64,000 bases of DNA from a virus. The stretch lies in IMG/VR virus record IMGVR_UViG_3300040960_001746; one strand, 5' to 3'. Each line of letters begins with the position of its first letter. The stretch's first letter is position 1. The notes under the pieces were generated by a model. The model searched no databases. It saw only the letters and a program-made list of their open reading frames with translations, and had not been told where the DNA came from. Positions 39,862 through 49,857 of the stretch are shown here, in pieces. The position numbers and the translations under genes are program-made.

Positions 39862-42732
39862 TTAGATATCATCGAAAGATGCCCCAGTGTTAGTGATGTT
39901 GAACTCAATCGAAATGAATTCTAACGATCTTGTTGGTTTAATAAAGATTCTACCATTAAGTTCGTTTCTATCAATAGACTCTGGTGTGTCATCCAATACA
40001 ACTCTAAAGTCAGTTAAACCTCTCTCTTTTCTAATGTTATCCAAAATTGGGTTAACCAAACTTAAGAACTGATTTCTTACAACATCATCATTTTGTTCGA
40101 ATAACAATCTGATTGACACCGCTGAAATAAGTTTTCTCGCTTGTAACAACAATCTTCTAACACTAATTCTATTAAGTGCGGTTTCTTTAACTTGTAAAGT
40201 TTTATTACCGAAGATTACAACTCCTACATCTGAGAATGTCGCCATTGGGTTAATTCTTCCTTCGTATAAGTCATCTCTATCATCTAATTTAAGTTTCACT
40301 CTCGCTTTGATTGCGTTTGTTGTACCTCTATTTAAACCTGCCGCTGCGAACCAAGGGAACGCTACGTTATCCGTAAGGGCGATGTTTCTCATAACTTCTA
40401 ATGTAGGTGGTAACCATACATATCTGTTATTTTCTGTATCATTCATCTGTAACCATGGCCAGTATGTAGCGGAGTAGTTAGAGTCGATTCCTGAATCTTC
40501 TATAATTTCTACCGCTTCGTCTGGTGTTAACGCTAGTCCATCATCATCAGTATCAGGCGTTGTAATTACATAAAGTGAATCCGCTCTATCAACCTCTACC
40601 ATATCTACTGCGTTTTCAATCAAACTGATATTATCTCTTAAATCAATACCTGGTGTTGCGAATACATTAATGTTAACCGCTTCAGGATTGTTATAAGTGT
40701 AAATACCATCTAAGTATGCGTAGTAGTCAGAAGTGATTCCTTGATCACCTTCAGTTGTTACAAATGATGAGAATACTCCTTTTGATTCTCCAAGAGAACC
40801 TTTAGAACCTGTTTTAGTATAATTATCTGTATTAGTTCTTTGTAGTCTATACTCATCCCATCCGTCCCATCCACCGAATGATGTGAATGTGAATTTTCTT
40901 GCCGCTAACTTCTCATAAGGTCCACCTACTAATCCTGCGTCTGATGTGAACGCCGACACACCAACTTGTAGTGTAGGTACATAAGTGTTAACTCCTAAGT
41001 CAACTGACGCACCATTTGCGTTTACATCTAAGTGGAATCCATCAGTTTTACCTGTGAAAACTCCGTTGTTAACTGCGTTTTTACCTTTGTAATCGAAGAA
41101 GTCTTGATCTACTCCGATATCTGTATTTAATCCTAAATAAGTTTTTCTTAATTTAGAAGTATTAAAATCTGTGTATTCTGTTTTATATTCGATCTTAGGT
41201 GGTAATGAAGTCCTAGAACCAATGTAAGTTCTATTCAACACACCCTCAAATCCTGCAGGGAAGTGATTAACTAAATCAGGATCATCTAAATAAGAAGCTT
41301 GAGTGTCACTATCATAGAATTCAACCATAATATACTTACTTCTTAATGGATATTCACCATCGTTAGTACCTATTTTTCTTCCAATGAATCCAGTACTATT
41401 GATATCTAAATTCAACGAAGAGAATTTTTCGATTACAGATGGATTAGCATCTGAATCATTAAATTTTCTAACTAATAAATCAAATGTTTTATCATCTGGT
41501 TTAATATTGATGATAGAGAATTTAACATCTTGGTTAGCCATATTACCATCAGATATTGTAATGAATCTAAAAAGTCTTTGTAATGTTGCACCTGTACCAG
41601 TACCTTTTAATTCTGAAAGTACCCAAGGTGATGCCGCAGATTTCCATTGTTCTTTATAGTTTGATAAATATCCACTTGAATTGGCAGTTGTATCTCCTGA
41701 AATATTGTTGAAGTCTATGTCTAAACCTCTAACTTGACTTTTAGCGATTAAGTCCTCCAATACGTTAGTATAGATTTCCTCAACCCATAATTCTGTTTCT
41801 TTGTCTTGTGTTGAACTACCGAATACTCTTGGTAAGAAATTCTTTTTAGTTCTATCCATTGACACATCATAACTAAATGAGTTACCATTACTTGCAGTAC
41901 CATTAATTGTAAATGATGCCAATGCGTTAGATTTAATACTTGTTGTGTTACTCATAATTGCGTCAGTCGCACCTGTAACATCAAATACTAAAGTCTCATT
42001 TGCGTCATAATCACCTCTTGATCTCAATGTTGCAATTACACTACCATCTATATCCGTTAAACAAGTTGCGGTGTAACTAACTACCGTACCACTTGTAGTA
42101 CCAGTAACATAAACACCACTTGTTCCTGTAGTTGCGACTTCCATATCGAAAGTTGCACCACTAAAGTCACATCCTGTTTTAACATAAATTGGGTTAGTTA
42201 CTGAAATAGTTGATCCAGTATCTAATAATCCTAATGTAGATAGTGAAAATTGTCCGTCATTGTATAACGCTTCTAAGTTAGCATTGTTCCAACTTAATGC
42301 AACTGGATTACCTGTTGTTTCTGCGGTATATGTTAATAAAGGATTACTTGTGACTGTAGATGCACTACCTACAGTTGTCGGATCTTCTGCGGAATCCAAT
42401 GTGATTGCCCACGCATTACCTGCGTCATAACCAGATAAACCTAAAACTCTACTTACATATAATTGATTAGTTTGAGTTAAAAATGATTTGGCGATATAAT
42501 TTAATTCGTATTTGTGGTAACCAGTACCCTTAAACTTCTCAGGGTTTAGTCCACCAAAATAACTAATAAATTCATCGTAGTTAGAAACAAATACAGGTTC
42601 AAACGCCGGTCCTTTAGGAGTTTCACCTAATAACCCTAACGTTGTAACACCGACTTGTCTCGTTACGAATGTTAAGTCCTTTTCTGATGTGAATACACCT
42701 GGACTTACAAAAATTCTGTCTGTTGATGCCAT
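39862..42732 (-). CDS. Contractile tail sheath protein (gp18-like)
   Basis: FVSPGVFTSEKD, GPAFEP, ATYWPW, PWFAAAG.NRG, INP, GNKTLQ, LNRI.VRRL, FEQND. Confidence 0.95.
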   Translation of the reverse strand: MASTDRIFVSPGVFTSEKDLTFVTRQVGVTTLGLLGETPKGPAFEPVFVSNYDEFISYFGGLNPEKFKGTGYHKYELNYIAKSFLTQTNQLYVSRVLGLSGYDAGNAWAITLDSAEDPTTVGSASTVTSNPLLTYTAETTGNPVALSWNNANLEALYNDGQFSLSTLGLLDTGSTISVTNPIYVKTGCDFSGATFDMEVATTGTSGVYVTGTTSGTVVSYTATCLTDIDGSVIATLRSRGDYDANETLVFDVTGATDAIMSNTTSIKSNALASFTINGTASNGNSFSYDVSMDRTKKNFLPRVFGSSTQDKETELWVEEIYTNVLEDLIAKSQVRGLDIDFNNISGDTTANSSGYLSNYKEQWKSAASPWVLSELKGTGTGATLQRLFRFITISDGNMANQDVKFSIINIKPDDKTFDLLVRKFNDSDANPSVIEKFSSLNLDINSTGFIGRKIGTNDGEYPLRSKYIMVEFYDSDTQASYLDDPDLVNHFPAGFEGVLNRTYIGSRTSLPPKIEYKTEYTDFNTSKLRKTYLGLNTDIGVDQDFFDYKGKNAVNNGVFTGKTDGFHLDVNANGASVDLGVNTYVPTLQVGVSAFTSDAGLVGGPYEKLAARKFTFTSFGGWDGWDEYRLQRTNTDNYTKTGSKGSLGESKGVFSSFVTTEGDQGITSDYYAYLDGIYTYNNPEAVNINVFATPGIDLRDNISLIENAVDMVEVDRADSLYVITTPDTDDDGLALTPDEAVEIIEDSGIDSNYSATYWPWLQMNDTENNRYVWLPPTLEVMRNIALTDNVAFPWFAAAGLNRGTTNAIKARVKLKLDDRDDLYEGRINPMATFSDVGVVIFGNKTLQVKETALNRISVRRLLLQARKLISAVSIRLLFEQNDDVVRNQFLSLVNPILDNIRKERGLTDFRVVLDDTPESIDRNELNGRIFIKPTRSLEFISIEFNITNTGASFDDI

Positions 42733-42805
42733 TTAATTTTATTTTTTAAACATTTATTATTAATTTCTTTTTATAATAAATATGCGGATATTTTTGAAAA
42801 AATTA

Positions 42806-42861
42806 TTTTTGTTGTTTTACAACAAAAAATAGTATGAATTTTATCATACTTTTGTCATACT
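42806..42861. promoter_or_regulatory. Operator-like repeats between divergent sheath and RHH genes
   Basis: Inverted repeat TTTTTGTTGT-ttt-ACAACAAAAA (42806-42828); AGTATGA-N6-TCATACT (42831-42850) plus a third TCATACT (42855-42861). Confidence 0.6.
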
Positions 42862-42877
42862 TACATATTTATAGTAT

Positions 42878-43036
42878 ATGAAAAGGGATAAAAACTTAAA
42901 AATAACACCACAAACACATAAATTATTAAAAGAGTATTGTGAGAAGAATGGTCTTAAGATGTTCGCCTTTGTAGAAAAACTTATTAGAGAAAAGTGTAAA
43001 ACTAAGACTGATATTTATGGTGATGAGATTAGTTAA
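42878..43036 (+). CDS. Small ribbon-helix-helix-like DNA-binding protein (52 aa, below ORF-track cutoff)
   Basis: MKRDKNLKITPQTHKLLKEYCEKNGLKMFAFVEKLIREKCK: beta strand, helix, G turn, helix; ATATTTATA 4 nt upstream. Confidence 0.7.
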   Translation: MKRDKNLKITPQTHKLLKEYCEKNGLKMFAFVEKLIREKCKTKTDIYGDEIS

Positions 43037-43259
43037 TCCCTAAAATATTCTTTAGTTGTTGGATTTGTTCTAGTGTTAATTTTGTGAAATCTAAATTATT
43101 CATATTGGTATCTGAGTTTATATTTGGATCTTCAAAAACAATTTCCCTAGATATTCTATTTTCAATAGTTGCTTCTTCTTCAGTTTGACAATCATGTACA
43201 TCTACATGCCAACTATCTTGACCATTTCCTTGTAATTTATATGTATATTTTGTTATCAT
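43029..43259 (-). CDS. Small protein coupled to tail fibre (possible fibre chaperone)
   Basis: TAATG stop/start overlap with the fibre gene; C-terminal LTLEQIQQLKNILG helix. Confidence 0.6.
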   Translation of the reverse strand: MITKYTYKLQGNGQDSWHVDVHDCQTEEEATIENRISREIVFEDPNINSDTNMNNLDFTKLTLEQIQQLKNILGIN

Positions 43260-45496
43260 TATAGTTCTAATTTAATTCCTACTCTAAATTGTACTGCAGT
43301 TGGGTTAGTGGTAAAAGTAGGGGTCTCTATGATTACGAAAGTTCTACCAGCATTAATATCTATTGATAAACCTGTGATTATAAATTCTTGATGTCTGCTA
43401 GTTGCAGTTACAGTCGATGACAATGTGTTACTTGTTGCTCCACCATCGGATAAAAAATTAACTGTTATATTTTCACCACTAGCAAATGTACTAGCATTAT
43501 AAACTCCAATATAAGCTTCTGTTATTGTTCCTGATGGGAGGGGTATATGAGCAACTGCATTCACACTAGTTTGTAGAGTTGTCATTTGTCCAAGATAGTA
43601 CCTAGCATTATCTGCTAATGAAGTATTTTGAACATTAAAATATGAGATTGAGATACTGTCACTGCTAGTGGTATTACCACTAACAACATAACCGTTAGAA
43701 TCTATCCCCAAAGTATTAATAGAGGTTCCTGTCCCTAAAGTTCCTATATTTACTGTACCAGTAACACCTAAATTACCATTAATTATTGTATTACCACTAA
43801 CGTCTAATTTTTCTGTCGGTGTTGTTGTACCAATACCAACATCACCATTTGGTTGAATTCTTACAACTTCTGTTGGTAGAGAATTAGATGCCCAAAAACT
43901 AAGACCAATTCTTGTATTATTAGGTCCATTATAGGGTCTAATCTCAGCATAACTAGATGTTGATCCTGCATCTAATCGTATACCATTTTCTCTAACACTA
44001 TTGATGGTAGATAAATCAGGATTAGAATTTTCAATTCTTAAAATACCTTCATCAATATGTACTTTTTGTGTGGGTGATGATGTATTCACACCAAGTCTAT
44101 TATTTATTAAATCAATGGTTACCCCACTTGTTGAACCGAAATAAACATTACCTTCGTCATTTGAGTTAATATTAAGTGGTGAACATGACTGAATATTAGA
44201 TACGTATAAATTTGTAACACAATTACCTGTATTACCTATATCACCTATAACATCTAAATTACCATTAATTGTTAAACCACTAACTTGATTAATAGTAGTA
44301 CTAAGTGAACCACCATTATCATCAGTTATAGTTAAAGTATTATTGTTATTGTATGTGAATCCTGTTGTGGTAATACCTACATCAGTTCTAATAACTTCTT
44401 GAGGTTTATCATCACCATTACCAACCCATAAATAATCTGAGGTTAAGTTTGGTAAACCAGCGGTACGTGCAGTGTTAAATATAAATAATTGACCATCAGT
44501 TGAACCAACCTTTAATACCTTAGCAATTCTTTGTATTTGTGTATTTGTTCCCGAAGGTCTGAATTTAGTTAACCCACCATCAGTTGTATTCATATATAAT
44601 ACATCATTAACCGCCCACGTCTCACCATTAGGGTTAATTGTCGATACCGTACTTGTTGTATCCACACCAACTAACTTACCAAAAGTGATTAAAGGATAAA
44701 TACCAGCGTTATCAAAATCCTCACCTGTAAATCCAATTACTGGCATTGTTGATGCGGTTGTTGCGTTTGCTAACTCAACCTCATGTATATCATCATCAAA
44801 ACCTGTAATATAAACTGGACAACCTTTATCTATTGTACCAGCAGTACCTTTTTTAGCCCATATTGTTACATTACCTGTTGATACGTATTCTTCACCAGTA
44901 ACCCACTGATTATTCGTAACATCAAAGTAAAGTAACCTACCTTGGTATGTATTGTCAGGTGTTGTAGGGATATTTGATGTTACGTCATCTAAATCAGTTA
45001 AAGTTAATCCTGTATATGTTGTGGCGGAAAGAGTGTCTACCACTAATGTACCATTAATAGTTAATCCAGTTACTGTATTTATTGTTGATGTTAAATCCCC
45101 TAATCCACCATTTCTTGATATTGTGAATGTGTTAGCGTCATTATATGTGAATCCTGTAACATAAAAGTTATCACCAGTAGAATCAATTTTAATAATATCA
45201 CCTATGGTTGTTACAGTAGTATTTGTACCACCGCTAATAGTTCTGAAATATAAATCAGTACCAGACTTACCACTGAATACTTCATTAGCACCCCCATTAT
45301 TGACACCATCCTTAACCCTATCCCAACCAATTTCTCTGATTTCTGTTGCGCCTGTTAATCCACCTGTGTAAGTGGAAAAAAGTTTTGCGTCCGCAGTATT
45401 TAAAGCTAATTCCCCTAATTGTATATCACCCAAAGAGGGTACTTTATTAACAACATTGGATCTCTTTAAAAGAAATGTGTTTTTTCTATTTGCCAT
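43259..45496 (-). CDS. Tail fibre / receptor-binding protein
   Basis: LKRS...P....LGELALNTAD.KLF N-terminal fibre motif, VTGFTY repeats, GNVGIGTTTP-type motif, distinct C-terminal tip. Confidence 0.8.
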   Translation of the reverse strand: MANRKNTFLLKRSNVVNKVPSLGDIQLGELALNTADAKLFSTYTGGLTGATEIREIGWDRVKDGVNNGGANEVFSGKSGTDLYFRTISGGTNTTVTTIGDIIKIDSTGDNFYVTGFTYNDANTFTISRNGGLGDLTSTINTVTGLTINGTLVVDTLSATTYTGLTLTDLDDVTSNIPTTPDNTYQGRLLYFDVTNNQWVTGEEYVSTGNVTIWAKKGTAGTIDKGCPVYITGFDDDIHEVELANATTASTMPVIGFTGEDFDNAGIYPLITFGKLVGVDTTSTVSTINPNGETWAVNDVLYMNTTDGGLTKFRPSGTNTQIQRIAKVLKVGSTDGQLFIFNTARTAGLPNLTSDYLWVGNGDDKPQEVIRTDVGITTTGFTYNNNNTLTITDDNGGSLSTTINQVSGLTINGNLDVIGDIGNTGNCVTNLYVSNIQSCSPLNINSNDEGNVYFGSTSGVTIDLINNRLGVNTSSPTQKVHIDEGILRIENSNPDLSTINSVRENGIRLDAGSTSSYAEIRPYNGPNNTRIGLSFWASNSLPTEVVRIQPNGDVGIGTTTPTEKLDVSGNTIINGNLGVTGTVNIGTLGTGTSINTLGIDSNGYVVSGNTTSSDSISISYFNVQNTSLADNARYYLGQMTTLQTSVNAVAHIPLPSGTITEAYIGVYNASTFASGENITVNFLSDGGATSNTLSSTVTATSRHQEFIITGLSIDINAGRTFVIIETPTFTTNPTAVQFRVGIKLEL

Positions 45497-45580
45497 ATTT
45501 ATGACTATTCTATTACTCTATTTAGAGTCTTTATTATTTAAAAGTTATATAACTTTATATATAAATATTGAAATCAATAA

Positions 45581-45607
45581 AAAAGGGAAGTCTAACTCCC
45601 CTTTTTT
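45581..45607. terminator. Terminator between fibre genes
   Basis: AAAAGGG...CCCCTTTTTT hairpin flanked by A and T runs. Confidence 0.65.
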
Positions 45608-45625
45608 ATTATTTATTATTTTTTT

Positions 45626-47563
45626 TTAATAAGTACCTCCATCTAAAATATCAAATTCGGCTAATACCCTAACACCATTAGGTGCTCCATTATTTAAATT
45701 GTTATTTCTTATTACAATATCATTTAACTGAGTAACCCAACCACGATTATTATAACCTACAAACCCACTATATTCACTTACATTTGGTATTTCACCGGGG
45801 ACAATACCTGTAAGACTTTGCATCTGACCAATAGTGAAATAAGTATCACCCGTAGTCGTACCATCACCATCTTGAATTTTAATACCAGAACCAACAGAGG
45901 TTGTGGACGTATCTCCTGTTGGGTTATAATTTAATTCTATTTGTGGATCTTCTACATAAAGTTCACTAGTAGAAATAGTAGTAGTATCACCGAAAACTGT
46001 TAAATCACCATGTACTGTTAAATCACCCACACCCGATGTTGAGGTAGAACCACCTGAACCAATCACTAAACCACCTTGACCAATATTGGCAGTTGTACCT
46101 GAAGAGTTAGTTACGTTTAAATCACCAACCGTAAGTAAGTTTGTAGTATCGTTATACTCAAATCCAGACTCATCAGTTAATTCTCCACCTGTTCCAACAT
46201 AAACAACTCTTCCTGCGGTTAGGTTAGAAATTGTTAACCCTGATACAGTGTCAATAGATGTGGTTAAATTTGGTTCACCTTCATTCCTTGAGATAGTGAA
46301 TGTGTTATTGGTTGAGTTATAAGTAAATCCTGTTACGAAAGTATCATTAACATCGATAGTACTTAAATCTACAGTAAAGTTAGAACCATCGTTTTGATCA
46401 AATGTAATTAAAGAAGTTCCGTTGTTATATGTACCTCCTGTTGTAAAAGTATCTGTATATGGTAAAGAATACGTACTAGGTGCAACATCTTGATTATATA
46501 ATAAATCTATTGACGCACTATTAGTATTATCAGTTGCGGAATTATTAGTACCACCTGTTACAAAAGTATCATTAACATCAATATTAGATAAGTCTACGCT
46601 AAATGTCGAACCGTCATTTTTATCAAAGTCTATAGATGTTGTACCTAAGTTATAAGTTCCCCCAGTTGTAAATGTATTTTGTGTTGTTATAAAATAAGGT
46701 CCACCAGCAACAGGAATGTTATAGTCTAATTGAGCACTTTGTGTATTTGTGTTATTATTAGCTGCAGTTAATGTATTACCCGTAACAAATGTGTCTGTAA
46801 CACCAGTAATATCAACAGTAACATCGTCATTTCTAGTTAATGTTATTGTATCAGTTACATCACTATATGTACCACCAGTTACAAATGTGTTTGTTGAAGG
46901 TGGGATAGAAACATCCACTCTAATAATATCACCAATGGTACTAATAGATGTGTTAGAACCACCACTTAGTGTTCTAAAATATAAATCAGTACCTGACTTA
47001 CCACTAAATATTTCTTCGGCACCACCAGAATTGACACCATTTTCAATTTTACTATCTAATTCTGTTTGTAAATTAACAACACCTGAAATTGGTATATTAG
47101 TTAAACCTGTACCATCACCATAATAAGTTATACCCGATAACACACTAATAGTTGATGTTAAATTAGGTTGTCCTTGATTTCTAGATATAGTAAATGTATT
47201 TACATCATCATAAGTAAATCCTGTTACAAATGTATCAACACCTGTGATATCTGAAATGTTTGCTAATTCAAACCCATTTGTCGTACCTGATAAGAATTTA
47301 CCTGATAAATTTGTTAAGTCATTATAATGTGTAATTTTATTTCTTACCCTTAAATCATAAAGATTCGAACCTACTTCGAAAAAATTAGATGTTGTACCTG
47401 TCCCTGCAGGTGTCCATTCTGATGTTGTTGTTGTTACACCTGAAAAGAATACTATACCATCTGCGGTATTTACTATCGGTTCACCTTTTAACAAAGAAGA
47501 CGGTAAGGGTCTACTTACAATATCCGAATTTTTTAAAATGTGTGTCGTGTTTCTTGTTGCCAT
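45626..47563 (-). CDS. Tail fibre-like protein with DTFVTGGTY/DTFVTGFTY repeats
   Basis: About eight TFxTGxT repeats, T/G/N-rich, shares modules with neighbouring fibres. Confidence 0.8.
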   Translation of the reverse strand: MATRNTTHILKNSDIVSRPLPSSLLKGEPIVNTADGIVFFSGVTTTTSEWTPAGTGTTSNFFEVGSNLYDLRVRNKITHYNDLTNLSGKFLSGTTNGFELANISDITGVDTFVTGFTYDDVNTFTISRNQGQPNLTSTISVLSGITYYGDGTGLTNIPISGVVNLQTELDSKIENGVNSGGAEEIFSGKSGTDLYFRTLSGGSNTSISTIGDIIRVDVSIPPSTNTFVTGGTYSDVTDTITLTRNDDVTVDITGVTDTFVTGNTLTAANNNTNTQSAQLDYNIPVAGGPYFITTQNTFTTGGTYNLGTTSIDFDKNDGSTFSVDLSNIDVNDTFVTGGTNNSATDNTNSASIDLLYNQDVAPSTYSLPYTDTFTTGGTYNNGTSLITFDQNDGSNFTVDLSTIDVNDTFVTGFTYNSTNNTFTISRNEGEPNLTTSIDTVSGLTISNLTAGRVVYVGTGGELTDESGFEYNDTTNLLTVGDLNVTNSSGTTANIGQGGLVIGSGGSTSTSGVGDLTVHGDLTVFGDTTTISTSELYVEDPQIELNYNPTGDTSTTSVGSGIKIQDGDGTTTGDTYFTIGQMQSLTGIVPGEIPNVSEYSGFVGYNNRGWVTQLNDIVIRNNNLNNGAPNGVRVLAEFDILDGGTY

Positions 47564-47616
47564 TTTTTAGTTTTTATTTATAAATATTAGTTATTTAGGG
47601 AAAATTATTTTTTTAT

Positions 47617-48249
47617 TTAATAAACTCCACCATTTAAAATATCATCTTGTATTATTGAATTATTTGCGGTTATGGTTCTTGTATTACCAGAACTATCTAA
47701 CCCCAGATTTAATTCAGGTGTTATAATTTTATTGGTTGATGTCCATACAGTAGAAGTTCCACTAATAGTGTTTACATCTCTAAATCTTTTAACTGGTGTC
47801 CCTAAATCGGAATCACCATCATTTAAAGGTAATAAATCATCATGTATAGTAATCGGTGAACACCCATATAAATTAGATGTGTATACGCCTGTACACGCAC
47901 TTAACACACCATTTATTGTTAACCCACTAAATTCACTTATATTAACATCAAAAGAAACACCATCATTTCTTTGAATAGTTAAATTATTTGAGTTGTCATA
48001 TGTAAATCCAGTTATGAAAGTGTTTTGTCCAGAACCCCCAAAAATATCTAATAAATTAGTACCACCACTTAAAAATACAGATGAATTAATTGTATTCGCA
48101 GATAATATATCACTATGTACGATTATGGTATCACCAGTACAAGGATAAATGTCATTAGTATAAAAACCAGTACACGCACTTAAAATATCTGTTTCAGTAC
48201 TTGTAACTATATAATTTTTTTTTATGTTAGAATTGTCGCAACTACTCAT
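47617..48249 (-). CDS. Short fibre-related virion protein
   Basis: LSACTG repeats, TFITGFTY module, C-terminal DILNGGVY like DILDGGTY of the next gene. Confidence 0.7.
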   Translation of the reverse strand: MSSCDNSNIKKNYIVTSTETDILSACTGFYTNDIYPCTGDTIIVHSDILSANTINSSVFLSGGTNLLDIFGGSGQNTFITGFTYDNSNNLTIQRNDGVSFDVNISEFSGLTINGVLSACTGVYTSNLYGCSPITIHDDLLPLNDGDSDLGTPVKRFRDVNTISGTSTVWTSTNKIITPELNLGLDSSGNTRTITANNSIIQDDILNGGVY

Positions 48250-49277
48250 AATATCGTACCAGTTATCTCAACGTCAGAAGGTAAATTAGCATCTGTTTTA
48301 TTTACTTTAATGTATAATTCATCACCATTATTAACAGTAAATGGTAATGTTTTAGTAACACCATTTACTTTAAATATCAAAGAAGTTGCGTTAGTAAAAT
48401 TAGAATCCGTATAAGTTGCATCAATTTCTATAGGAATCTTAACACTACTAACACCTCTATTAAATAAAACATCCAAACAAATAGTTTTATTTTGATCATC
48501 AACATTAATCTGATATGGTGCCCTATATAATTCTTCACTAATCTCATAAAACTGAATACCTCTACTAACCGCAGGTGTTACAACAAAGTCATCTTCATCT
48601 AAAAGATAACCCATCATCTTTATAGTGAATAATTGTACATAATATTTTCTTTCATCTAAATTAGTAATTTGACTTTCATCGCCTATACTATCTAATATAA
48701 GTGGTATGGGATGTCCATTTACTCTAATATATTTTTCTAATGCGGAAAATGAAGTCAACATTTTTCTATTCATTTTATTTAAATCCCTCATTCGATTACA
48801 GAATAGTCTTACTTCATACATAATATCTACAGATATTGGTTGAGGTATCTTATAAATGTCATAACCTTTTCTATTACCATCCCACGTAGGTATTTTCATA
48901 TATGTAAATGTCGGTCTACCAGGAATATTAAATGACCCTGCGTAGTTTGTACCTTGTTGTGCGTCAGGTTTTCTAACCACAGTTATAAAAGGTAGTTTAA
49001 TATTTTTATCTATATCAGAATATTGCCAAGTTTTACTAAATTCCGCCCATCTTTGGGCAGTTAAAAATATTACAGGTACTTTCTCACCTTCTAATGTTAA
49101 ATCAATATCATTGTTGACATAGTTTACCAATTCACCATCCATATCTTCATGAAGAATCCCTTTTGGGAGATAAGTACCTTTATTTGCAATGTCATCTAAG
49201 ATACTTTGTCTTTGTTCGAACCCTTGTTTATGTGGCGTTATTTTTAAATCTTTTCTATAGTTCTTTGGTAATCCCAT
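48246..49277 (-). CDS. Tail terminator / sheath stabiliser (gp15-like)
   Basis: VPVIF...QRW, LPFI.V.R, PQP..VDI.YE motifs; adjacent to gp14-like gene. Confidence 0.7.
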   Translation of the reverse strand: MGLPKNYRKDLKITPHKQGFEQRQSILDDIANKGTYLPKGILHEDMDGELVNYVNNDIDLTLEGEKVPVIFLTAQRWAEFSKTWQYSDIDKNIKLPFITVVRKPDAQQGTNYAGSFNIPGRPTFTYMKIPTWDGNRKGYDIYKIPQPISVDIMYEVRLFCNRMRDLNKMNRKMLTSFSALEKYIRVNGHPIPLILDSIGDESQITNLDERKYYVQLFTIKMMGYLLDEDDFVVTPAVSRGIQFYEISEELYRAPYQINVDDQNKTICLDVLFNRGVSSVKIPIEIDATYTDSNFTNATSLIFKVNGVTKTLPFTVNNGDELYIKVNKTDANLPSDVEITGTIL

Positions 49278-49279
49278 AA

Positions 49280-49801
49280 TTATCTTCCGTCAAATTCATC
49301 TAAGTCTGTAGGTACACAAGTTATTGTTCTATAGAATCCTTTATAACCTACCATTGTATGTGCGTTATCTGCAAATATTTTACCATCATTAGAAACGGTA
49401 AAGTATTTTGTTTTTGTTTCAGTTTCAGGATAACCAATATAATCACCATAACTAATATCAACACCTAATTCATCTAATTGATCTTGATACACACCTAAAG
49501 TAATATTGCCCCTCTCTAAATATCTCATTGAACCATCAGAGTTGTAGTTTTTGTTCGTTGGTGCGGCGTAATTAAAATTCACAGGAATCTCAATAGGTGG
49601 TTTAAATCTTATCTCACCCTTACCCGCTTCACCATATATATCGTCATTGGTGGTTTCAGTTCTATCTACCCTATAAAGAATAACTTTAATGTTAATATCA
49701 CCCTCTAACCATTCTCTTCCAAAATCGATGTCTAACTCAAAATCTTCTTGAGAGTAAAACTTATTTAATCTCTCAATCGGTACTCTTTTTGGTTGTGCCA
49801 T
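49280..49801 (-). CDS. Head completion/neck protein (gp14-like)
   Basis: V.LYRVD...T..DDIYGE, GDYIGY motifs. Confidence 0.7.
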   Translation of the reverse strand: MAQPKRVPIERLNKFYSQEDFELDIDFGREWLEGDINIKVILYRVDRTETTNDDIYGEAGKGEIRFKPPIEIPVNFNYAAPTNKNYNSDGSMRYLERGNITLGVYQDQLDELGVDISYGDYIGYPETETKTKYFTVSNDGKIFADNAHTMVGYKGFYRTITCVPTDLDEFDGR

Positions 49802-49857
49802 ATATCTTTTATAGATAAATATTTATTTTTAAGAAAAAAATCCTTATTATTATAATT

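Noticed and set aside
1943-42732. Bacterial contractile injection system (eCIS/tailocin) or eukaryotic giant virus
   Set aside because: Neck proteins, tape measure and phage-type replication genes are interleaved with tail genes, indicating a tailed phage
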